Assembly (NCBI GenBank): GCA_051294905.1
Contig: CM119373.1
Coordinates: 1 to 64,000, forward strand
Source: Botryllus schlosseri
Taxonomy: Eukaryota
Length of the DNA: 64,000 nucleotides
Direction of reading: 5' to 3'
This document shows positions 14,514 through 24,338 of the stretch, one piece after another. A program made the position numbers and the translations under genes. Below the pieces are notes generated by a model. That model was not told the origin of the DNA, ran no database searches, and saw only the letters and a program-made list of their open reading frames with translations. Each line of letters begins with the position of its first letter. Positions within the stretch are counted from its first letter, which is position 1.

Positions 14514-14800
14514 GGCCCCAGACCGATTTTCGAGAAAAAAAATTTCGGGCATTCTATGACGTAATAATGACCCGGGAATCTCTTTTTTCAGAAAATTCTC
14601 GCCGCGCGCTCATATGCTATTGAACTGTCGCGTTAGAAGGACGTTTGGAGTGGATTACCGTGCATCAAGAACATTTATTGGAATCTCAAGTCACCGGGTG
14701 AGTGAAAATTTCTTCTAGTTGTGAAATCCACATACTTTAGCGTGGCGCGATTAGGCAAAATAGCTTTTCCCGAGTCCAAAATCGTTGGATTTTGGGCCAT
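14514..14800 (+). repeat. ~280-bp internal block of the element; other copies at ~15823-16110, 20535-20795, 21865-22125, 22864-23150 and 24173-24460
   Basis: Shared sequence cagaccgattttcg..atgacgt(a/g)ataatgacccg..ctcgccgcgcgctcatatgct..ggaatctcaagtc..gggtgagtgaaaat..ccgagtccaaaa. Confidence 0.9.
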
Positions 14801-14859
14801 AACTAGTCCCCGTAACTCGTCTCTATCTCAGCGCCTGTAACTTCGATTTGGTCAATTTC

Positions 14860-15700
14860 TTTTTTATTGCATTCGTCTCTCGGCGCCAATTCGATCGCGG
14901 GGTCGTTTTTTCGTCTGCTGCATACACGAGCCCAGATATTGGACGAAACGTCCCGAAAAAAATCCCTATACTTAACACGGCGCGATTTTGCGGAAGTCCA
15001 ACTTCCCATAAGAATGTATGGACCGGTTTTCGTGCCGTATCTACTCTCTGGGACGGCCCAGAATGACGAACGACGCACCGACGTGTTGGTATTCGCGCCC
15101 CGGTCACATCGGTGTGCGGCTCGACGATGTCCGACCTGAGGGAGGACCGCTATCGGCCTCTAAAGTAGCCTTTGATCAGCCGTGACGTCACAGTCGGCGG
15201 AAATCCCATAAGGAATGCCTGGTACGGTTTTCGGCCATTATCTCCTCTCTGGTACGGCCCAGAATGACGAACGACACATCTCTGTGTTCCTAAGCGGGCG
15301 CTGGTCACGTCGATGTGCGGCTCGATGGGTGTGGGTCACGTGTGGCGGCGCTAGAGAGTCGCGAATATCGGATTTCTGAGGGGGTTACAGGCCCGTAGCG
15401 TTCCTCCCCGAGCACTGACATGCACGAACGACCCATCGTTGCGTTCTGCTCCTCGAGGCGGTCATTCGAACACCAAATTCGACATCGTGGGCTCTCGTGG
15501 GGGGTCGCCAGAGCCCCCCCCCATTTTACTTCAACCGGGAATATGTCAGCTCCGGTACATCCGATTCTGGAAATTTCTTTTTCCGCGCATTCTTCTCTTG
15601 GCGCCAATTCGATCGCGGGGTCGTTTGTGTGTCTGCTACATACACGAGCCAAGCTTTTAGACGAAACGTCCCGAAAAAATCCCTATACTTTAACATGGGG
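14860..15700 (+). repeat. CpG-rich, internally duplicated region upstream of the recombinase gene
   Basis: ggcgccaattcgatcgcggggtcg..gacgaaacgtcccgaaaaaatccctatact occurs at ~14880-14972 and ~15600-15690. cccataag..ggcccagaatgacgaacgac occurs at ~15005-15075 and ~15205-15275. Same layout in copy 2 at +8350. Confidence 0.8.
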
Positions 15701-15988
15701 CCGGAGGTCGAAAAAAGTTGAAGTCTTTGACCAATTTATTTTCGTTCTAAACCGCCTACGCGTGTTCCTAAGACTCTCTAGAGACGCGTGGTGAAGAAAA
15801 TATCACGATCCCTCAACTTTTCCGGGCCCCAGACCGATTTTCGGGAAAAAAAATTTCGGGCCCTCTATGACGTAATAATGACCCGAGAATATCTTTTTCC
15901 AGATAATTCTCGCCGCGCGCTCATATGCTAGTGAACTGTCGCGTTAGGAGGACGTTTGGAGAGTATTACCGTGCATCAAGAACATATA

Positions 15989-18597
15989 ATGGAATCTCAA
16001 GTCGTCGGGTGAGTGAAAATGTCTTCTAATTTCGAAATCCCTATGCTTTAGCGTGGCGCGATTCGGCGAAATAGCTTTTACCGAGTCCAAAATCGCTGGT
16101 TTTCGGTCGATAACTCTCTCTGCTCCGGTAACTTCAACATGGCGCGATTTTTAATATTTCTATTGTAGCGATCCCGTTGCAATTCGACCCACGAAAAGAA
16201 TCAGACTCGACAGGTGTCAAGTTTGCCATATACAAACCAAAGGTCATAGAACGAGGCATCTTCGTAACGTTCATAAGTGGTCCGTGGACAGAATTAAAGA
16301 GTAAGATCGCCGTTGGCTTATTTATAACAAGCAGAAGCAAATAAATATTACGTGTCGCAGGTCTGCTCGCTACTTGCGCGAGCCCAGGCAAGACATAAAG
16401 CGATGTCGTCCACGGTCTTGGTGTGGTCTCTGCTCTAGATCAGTAGCCACGGCATATATAGCAACCCACTGGAGGATTATTCATTCCGATAAAATACGCG
16501 ACGGCTTCGGGATAGGTTGCGAGACCTACCAGGAAAACTTTAAAAAGTTGACCTTCGAGTCCGACTTTTCAAGCGTGAGTAACTCTGATGGTAATGTGTC
16601 ACTTTTTTACCGAAATAATGCAAATCCGTTTATTACAGCTACTCTCCCTGTACGAAAGGCATCGTCAAGTGCAAGCGCTCGACGAAGCCAACACCAAAAT
16701 GGTCGTCAGCAAACTGAAATCAGTTTTCAAGAAGTTTGTGGTTGACGAGCCGGAGCAATTAGTCACGTACATTTGTAACGCCGACGGGAAACTGTCCGCG
16801 AGCACTATTTTCAACACCCTGACGTCGCTAAAGGGATTTCTTGAATTTGCGCGCATGCAGCATCCGGCATTGTTGGAAAAAGTGGTTTCACCGGACAACC
16901 AACTGAGAGCCCTACAAATCATCGCGACGTACTCTAGAGCGACCAATAAAAGAAGAAAGCGGCAGCACGAGAAACGTTTGTCTGTCGACATGGACATCAT
17001 CAATAAAAATTGGCCGAATATCAAAAGGTTCGTGCTAAGATTAAAATATCGCCCAGTTTCAAGTTTATTATGCGTGTTTTTTTAGAATGATCAAAAGCGA
17101 AACGTTTAAAAGAGACCTCCATCAACCGTTAACAGACGAAAACGTCCGGGATTGTTTGGCGGCGACAATAATTCAAGTTGGTCTCTCGAGCGGCACGAGA
17201 TTATCATATTTCCGTAGAGTGACCGGATACGAGCTTAGCCACGCCGTCCGTTCCGTGAACGATCCCGAAATGTTAGTCATACAGGTGAACCACAACAAGT
17301 GCCTGTCGAGTCAGGGTTTGTTGGTTATGACGCAAAAAGACTATGACCGATTCAAACACGTAGGTGTTACGAAGATATGAACGTGTAATGGAGCGGTCTA
17401 AAACCTCTTTTCGATTTCAGATTTGCAAGCAAACCAATCCAGACTTGGATTTGTCACGGGAAGAAGTCGCGTTGCGAAACTCGAACGGCAAGCCGTTCCA
17501 AAATTTATCGGTTTGTGTCGTGGAATACCTCAGTACCCACGAAGTCAGCCTGACGTACCAGCACCTCCGTAAAATAGTCGCCACGATGGCGAGTTCGCTA
17601 GACGACATTGGACGATATCATGTTGCGATGTCATCGTCGCACAGCACGGAGGTCGCGAGTCGACACTATGACGGGATAGGCAGGACCAAGAGGGCGGCTG
17701 CCGGGGCGATTCTATGCAGAGAAATGCTCCGCAAAGCCGTGAACAGTACACACGATGACTTATATGCGGAGTTGGCCGCGTCAAAAGCTCCCCCAAATGA
17801 AGGTATGTAAAGCCCTATAAAATTATAACGTCATATATCTGACCGCAACTGTTTATTAAGGATCATTTGAATCACCGAACCCAACCCCGACCACAGTTCA
17901 ACCTGAGCTGCCAACAAAGGACGATATCACTAATGATACGCAATCAAACGGAGCTAATTCGGAAACTCTATTCGCTACGGACCGGGACACACGGATCGTC
18001 AGACCGACCCCAACCCCGACCACAGTTCAACCAGAGCTGCAAACAGAGGACGATAGCACTTTTCACTCCGAAAATGATACCCAATCAAACGGAGCTAATT
18101 CGGAAACTCTATTCGCTACGGACCGGGACACACGGATCGTCAGACCGACCCCAACCCCGAACACAGTTCAACCAGAGCTGCAAACAGAGGACGATAGCAC
18201 TTTTCACTCCGAAAATGATACCCAATCAAACGGAGCTAATTCGGAAACTCTATTCGCTACGGACCGGGACACACGGATCGTCACAAATGATGGTAATCTA
18301 TTTGCTATTACCGTCCAAATTCCATTTCTAATCATATTCAAACCCGCAGATATTGACGTCGAGGAAATAGCGAACACGATATGCAACCGTCAGAGAGGGA
18401 CCAAGACCACGTTGACGAACGAGCTAGTGGAGAAATTGATCAAAGACTCTCGATTGCATGCGTTTCATCACGATCGTGGACCTCTACTGAGCAGGATAGT
18501 TCACGAATATAAATCCGAATGCTATTTAACCTTTCAGCAAATGCGTTCAAAAATGAGATTGATCAAGTCGGTTTTAAAGACAAATAAACCTGGATGA
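15989..18597 (+). CDS. Spliced tyrosine recombinase (phage-integrase fold, Crypton-like) with two N-terminal C2H2-like zinc fingers; ~696 aa, reading frame intact
   Basis: Hand-built exons: 15989-16008, 16169-16300, 16361-16574, 16639-17027, 17086-17359, 17421-17802, 17861-18292, 18350-18597 (2091 nt, all GT-AG, phases compatible, no internal stop). Motifs: CQVC..HLRNVH and CGLC..HWRIIH fingers; LSASTIFNTLTSLKGFLEF core-binding helix; SSGTR (Arg 17198); VNHNK (Lys 17297); YQHLRK (Arg 17568); VAMSSSHSTEVASRHY (His 17640, Tyr 17667). Exon 1 is the least certain. Confidence 0.85.
17877..18282 (+). repeat. 141-bp coding minisatellite (~3 units) giving a 47-aa Pro/Thr/acidic repeat in exon 7
   Basis: agaccgaccccaacc recurs at 18001 and 18142. 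Translates as RPTPTPTTVQPELQTEDDSTFHSENDTQSNGANSETLFATDRDTRIV. Confidence 0.95.
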
Positions 18598-18796
18598 ACG
18601 GAGTTTTGTTCTTTGACTCTTGATTTTGATCCCCAAAATCGTGAGAACGAACGTGGCGCCTACCATGATACGCCTAAGCCCCTTTCACAATGTCGAGAAC
18701 GCGACGGACGTAAACTCAATACGAAATTTATGTCCGGCTCCACAACCTCACGATGACGGGCATGGATGATGAGATCCCGGACACGTTTTAACGCAA

Positions 18797-18814
18797 AATA
18801 AAGGCGCCAATAAA
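18797..18814 (+). promoter_or_regulatory. Paired AATAAA polyadenylation signals at the extreme right end of the element (also present in copy 2)
   Basis: AATAAA at 18797-18802 and 18809-18814, about 200 nt after the stop codon and 2 nt before the telomeric tract. Confidence 0.55.
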
Positions 18815-18816
18815 GT

Positions 18817-18879
18817 CCCTAACCCTAACCCTAACCCTAACCCTAACCCTAACCCTAACCCTAACCCTAACCCTAACCC
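18817..18879 (+). repeat. Perfect telomeric tract (CCCTAA)10 CCC between the two element copies
   Basis: Read directly: ccctaa x10 at 18817-18876, then ccc. Confidence 0.98.
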
Positions 18880-19131
18880 CACGAGTCCGTCGGTGTGCGG
18901 GAAATCGAAATCGGAGAAAAAAAATTTTCGACCTAGTCGGATTTTTTCATAAGTTTGAAATCCCCATACTTTAACACGGGGCCGAGATCGTAAAAAAGTT
19001 GAAGTCCGAAAAAAATTTTTTTCACCTAAAAACCACACGGGCGCGTTCCCCGCACTGTTTGAAGACGCCCCGCAAAGGAATTATCCCGATCCGACAAACG
19101 GATCGGCCTCCAGAGCCGGTCAAAGTTCCGA

Positions 19132-21814
19132 TTTCGGCGGGTACTGCTCCGTCGATATCGCTCCCTGTCCGTGTCGGAGACCCGTAAAAGAGGTCTGTCC
19201 CTGTTGTAGGCCCTGCACCAGACAACCACAGCGAAATTCAGGACCTCAAACAGTGTCACGGCCCCGTAATTGTCGGTCAAAATTCAAAAAATGGTCAAAA
19301 ACCGTGTTTCGGCGGGTACTGCTCCGTCGATATCGCTCCCTGTCCGTGTCGGAGACCCGTAAAAGAGGTCTGTCCCTGTTGTAGGCCCTGCACCAGACAA
19401 CCACAGCGAAATTCAGGACCTCAAACAGTGTCACGGCCCCGTAATTGTCGGTCAAAATTCAAAAAATGGTCAAAAACCGTGTTTCGGCGGGTACTGCTCC
19501 GTCGATATCGCTCCCTGTCCGTTTCGGAGACCCGTAAAAGAGGTCTGTCCCTGTTGTAGGCCCTGCACCAGACAACCACAGCGAAATTCAGGACCTCAAA
19601 CAGTGTCACGGCCCCGTAATTGTCGGTCAAAATTCAAAAAATGGTCAAAAACCGTGTTTCGGCGGGTACTGCTCCGTCGATATCGCTCCCTGTCCGTGTC
19701 GGAGACCCGTAAAAGAGGTCTGTCCCTGTTGTAGGCCCTGCACCAGACAACCACAGCGAAATTCAGGACCTCAAACAGTGTCACGGCCCCGTAATTGTCG
19801 GTCAAAATTCAAAAAATGGTCAAAAACCGTGTTTCGGCGGGTACTGCTCCGTCGATATCGCTCCCTGTCCGTGTCGGAGACCCGTAAAAGAGGTCTGTCC
19901 CTGTTGTAGGCCCTGCACCAGACAACCACAGCGAAATTCAGGACCTCAAACAGTGTCACGGCCCCGTAATTGTCGGTCAAAATTCAAAAAATGGTCAAAA
20001 ACGGTGTTTCGGCGGGTACTGCTCCGTCGATATCGCTCTCTGTCCGTGTCGGAGACCCGTAAAAGAGGTCTGTACCTGTTGTAGGCCCTGCACCAGACAA
20101 CCACAGCGAAATTCAGGACCTCAAACAGTGTCACGGCCCCGTAATTGTCGGTCAAAATTCAAAAAATGGTCAAAAACCGTGTTTCGGCGGGTACTGCTCC
20201 GTCGATATCGCTCCCTGTCCGTGTCGGAGACCCGTAAAAGAGGTCTGTCCCTGTTGTAGGCCCTGCACCAGACAACCACAGCGAAATTCAGGACCTCAAA
20301 CAGTGTCACGGCCCCGTAATTGTCGGTCAAAATTCAAAAAATGGTCAAAAACCGTGTTTCGGCGGGTACTGCTCCGTCGATATCGCTCCCTGTCCGTGTC
20401 GGAGACCCGTAAAAGAGGTCTGTCTCTGTTGTAGGCCCTGCACCAGACAACCACAGCGAGATTTAGGACCTTAAACAGTGTCACGGCTCCGCAATGTCGG
20501 TCAAAAACCCAAAAAAATTCAAAAAAATCGGCACAGACCGATTTTCGAGAAAAAAATTTTCGGGCCCTCTATGACGTGATAATGACCCGGGAATATCTTT
20601 TTTCAGAAAATTCTCGCCGCGCGCTCATATGCTATTGAACTGTCGCGTTGGGAGGACGTTGTGAGAGGATTACCGTGCATCAGGAACATTTATTGGAATC
20701 TCAAGTCACCGGGTGAGTGAAAATTTCTTCTAGTTGTGAAATCCACATACTTTAGCGTGGCGCGATTAGGCGAAATAGCTTTTACCGAGTCCAAAACCGT
20801 GTTTCGGCGCGTACTGCTCCGTCGATATAGCAAGTAGTACGTGTCCGAGACCCGTAAAAGAGGTTTGCGCGTCTTGTAGGCCTAGCACACGACATCCACA
20901 GCGAGATTCAGACCTTAAACAATGTCACGGCTCCGCAATAATCGGTCAAAAACCGCCCAAAATGCAAAAAAATCGTCCAAAACCGTGTTTCGGCGCGTAC
21001 TGCTCCGTCGATATAGCAAGTAGTACGTGTCCGAGACCCGTAAAAGAGGTTTGCGCGTCTTGTACGCCTAGCACACGACATCCACAGCGAGATTCAGACC
21101 TTAAACAGTGTCACGGCCCCGTAATTGTCGGTCAAAATTCAAAAAATGGTCAAAAACCGTGTTTCGGCGGGTACTGCTCCGTCGATATCGCTCCCTGTCC
21201 GTGTCGGAGACCCGTAAAAGAGGTCTGTACCTGTTGTAGGCCCTGCACCAGACAACCACAGCGAAATTAAGGACCTCAAACAGTGTCACGGCCCCGTAAT
21301 TGTCGGTCAAAATTCAAAAAATGGTCAAAAACCGTGTTTCGGCGGGTACTGCTCCGTCGATATCGCTCCCTGTCCGTGTCGGAGACCCGTAAAAGAGGTC
21401 TGTCCCTGTTGTAGGCCCTGCACCAGACAACCACAGCGAAATTCAGGACCTCAAACAGTGTCACGGCCCCGTAATTGTCGGTCAAAATTCAAAAAATGGT
21501 CAAAAACCGTGTTTCGGCGGGTACTGCTCCGTCGATATCGCTCCCTGTCCGTGTCGGAGACCCGTAAAAGAGGTCTGTCCCTGTTGTAGGCCCTGCACCA
21601 GACAACCACAGCGAAATTCAGGACCTCAAATAGTGTCACGGCCCCGTAATTGTCGGTCAAAATTCAAAAAATGGTCAAAAACCGTGTTTCGGCGGGTACT
21701 GCTCCGTCGATATCGCTCCCTGTCCGTGTCGGAGACCCGTAAAAGAGGTCTGTCTCTGTTGTAGGCCCTGCACCAGACAACCACAGCGAGATTTAGGACC
21801 TTAAACAGTGTCAC
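19132..21814. repeat. Short 175-bp satellite arrays inside copy 2 (~19132-20484 and ~21103-21814), interrupted by the 280-bp block and 186-bp variant units
   Basis: Same monomer as 1-14346, nearly all of the aattcagg + gtaattgtcggtc type. Confidence 0.95.
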
Positions 21815-22121
21815 GGCTCCGCAATGTCGGTCAAAAACCCAAAAAAATTCAAAAAAATCGGCACAGACCGATTTTCGAGAAAAATATTTTCGGGCCCTCT
21901 ATGACGTGATAATGACCCGGGAATATCTTTTTTCAGAAAATTCTCGCCGCGCGCTCATATGCTATTGAACTGTCGCGTTGGGAGGACGTTGTGAGAGGAT
22001 TACCGTGCATCAGGAACATTTATTGGAATCTCAAGTCACCGGGTGAGTGAAAATTTCTTCTAGTTGTGAAATGCACATACTTTAGCGTGGCGCGATTAGG
22101 CGAAATAGCTTTTACCGAGTC

Positions 22122-22864
22122 CAAAACCGTGTTTCGGCGCGTACTGCTCCGTCGATATAGGAAGTAGTACGTGTCCGAGACCCGTAAAAGAGGTTTGCGC
22201 GTCTTGTAGGCCTAGCACACGACATCCACAGCGAGATTCAGACCTTAAACAGTGTCACGGCTCCGCAATAATCGGTCAAAAACCGCCCAAAATGCAAAAA
22301 AATCGTCCAAAACCGTGTTTCGGCGCGTACTGCTCCGTCGATATAGCAAGTAGTACGTGTCCGAGACCCGTAAAAGAGGTTTGCGCGTCTTGTAGGCCTA
22401 GCACACGACATCCGCAGCGAGATTCAGACCTTAAACAGTGTCACGGCTCCGCAATAATCGGTCAAAAACCGCCCAAAATGCAAAAAAATCGTCCAAAACC
22501 GTGTTTCGGCGCGTACTGCTCCGTCGATATAGCAAGTAGTACGTGTCCGAGACCCGTAAAAGAGGTTTGCGCGACTTGTAGGCCTAGCACACGACATCCA
22601 CAGCGAGATTCAGACCTTAAACAGTGTCACGGCTCCGCAATAATCGGTCAAAAACCACCAAAAATGCAAAAAAATCGTCAAAAACCGTGTTTCGGCGCGT
22701 ACTGCTCCGTCGATATAGCAAGTAGTACGTGTACGAGACCCGTAAAAGAGGTTTGCGCGTCTTGTAGGCCTAGCACACGACAACTGCAGCGAGATTTAGG
22801 ACCTTAAACAGTGTCAACAACCGCCCAAAATGAATAAAAATCGTCAAAAAACGTGTTTCGGCGG
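22122..22864. repeat. Diverged 186-bp satellite variant, ~4 units (also ~20792-21102 and ~14347-14513)
   Basis: gtttcggcgcgtactgctccgtcgatatag(c/g)aagtagtacg recurs at 22131, 22317 and 22503. The ORF track shows the matching 62-aa period. Confidence 0.92.
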
Positions 22865-24338
22865 GCCCCAGACCGATTTTCGAGAAAAAAAATTTCGGGC
22901 ATTCTATGACGTAATAATGACCCGGGAATCTCTTTTTTCAGAAAATTCTCGCCGCGCGCTCATATGCTATTGAACTGTCGCGTTAGAAGGACGTTTGGAG
23001 TGGATTACCGTGCATCAAGAACATTTATTGGAATCTCAAGTCACCGGGTGAGTGAAAATTTCTTCTAGTTGTGAAATCCACATACTTTAGCGTGGCGCGA
23101 TTAGGCAAAATAGCTTTTCCCGAGTCCAAAATCGTTGGATTTTGGGCCATAACTAGTCCCCGTAACTCGTCTCTATCTCAGCGCCTGTAACTTCGATTTG
23201 GTCAATTTCTTTTTTATTGCATTCATCTCTCGGCGCCAATTCGATCGCGGGGTCGTTTGTTCGTCTGCTGCATACACGAGCCCAGATATTGGACGAAACG
23301 TCCCGAAAAAAATCCCTATACTTAACACGGCGCGATTTTGCGGAAGTCCAACTTCCCAGAAGAATGCATGGACCGGTTTTCGTGCCGTATCTACTCTCTG
23401 GGACGGCCCAGAATGACGAACGACGCACCGACGTGTTGGTATTCGCGCCCCGGTCACATCGGTGTGCGGCTCGACGATGTCCGACCTGAGGGAGGACCGC
23501 TATCGGCCTCTAAAGTAGCCTTTGATCAGCCGTGACGTCACAGTCGGCGGAAATCCCATAAGGAATGCCTGGTACGGTTTTCGGCCATTATCTCCTCTCT
23601 GGTACGGCCCAGAATGACGAACGACACATCTCTGTGTTCCTAAGCGGGCGCTGGTCACGTCGATGTGCGGCTCGATGGGTGTGGGTCACGTGTGGCGGCG
23701 CTAGAGAGTCGCGAATATCGGATTTCTGAGGGGGTTACAGGCCCGTAGCGTTCCTCCCCGAGCACTGACATGCACGAACGACCCATCGTTGCGTTCTGCT
23801 CCTCGAGGCGGTCATTCGAACACCAAATTCGACATCGTGGACCCTCGTGGGGGGTCGCCAAAGCCCCCCCCCATTTTACTTCAACCGGAGATATCTCAGC
23901 TCCGGTACATCCGATTCTGGAAATTTCTTTTTCCGCGCATTCTTCTCTTGGCGCCAATTCGATCGCGGGGTCGTTTGTGTGTCTGCTACATACACGAGCC
24001 AAGCTTTTAGACGAAACGTCCCGAAAAAATCCCTATACTTCAACATGGGGCCGGAGGTCGGAAAAAGTTGAAGTCTTTGACCAATTTATTTTCGTTCTAA
24101 ACCGCCTAGGCGTGTTCCTAGGACTCTCTAGAGACGCGTGGTGAAGAAAATATCACGATCCCTCAACTTTTCCGGGCCCCAGACCGATTTTCGGGGAAAA
24201 AAATTTCGGGCCCTCTATGACGTAATAATGACCCGAGAATATCTTTTTCCAGATAATTCTCGCCGCGCGCTCATATGCTAGTGAACTGTCGCGTTAGGAG
24301 GACGTTTGGAGAGTATTACCGTGCATCAAGAACATATA

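Larger units (their letters stand above)
1..18816 (+). mobile_element. Copy 1 (left end outside the window) of a satellite-bearing tyrosine-recombinase element
   Basis: 14330-18816 is colinear with 22680-27459 (offset 8350 up to the coding minisatellite). Ends ...ggcgccaataaagt directly against (CCCTAA)n. Confidence 0.8.

Noticed and set aside
14803..15794. Overlapping 70-125 aa ORFs in the CpG-rich region (also 23153-24144)
   Set aside because: Open on several frames and both strands because of GC content and internal repeats. No motif recognised, though a small spliced accessory gene cannot be fully excluded.
17867..18331. ORF-track proteins 17867-18331 and 26217-26999 (QPRPQFNQSC.. frame)
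   Set aside because: Alternative frame of the 141-bp repeat. Splice phases on both sides select the PTPTTVQPE frame.
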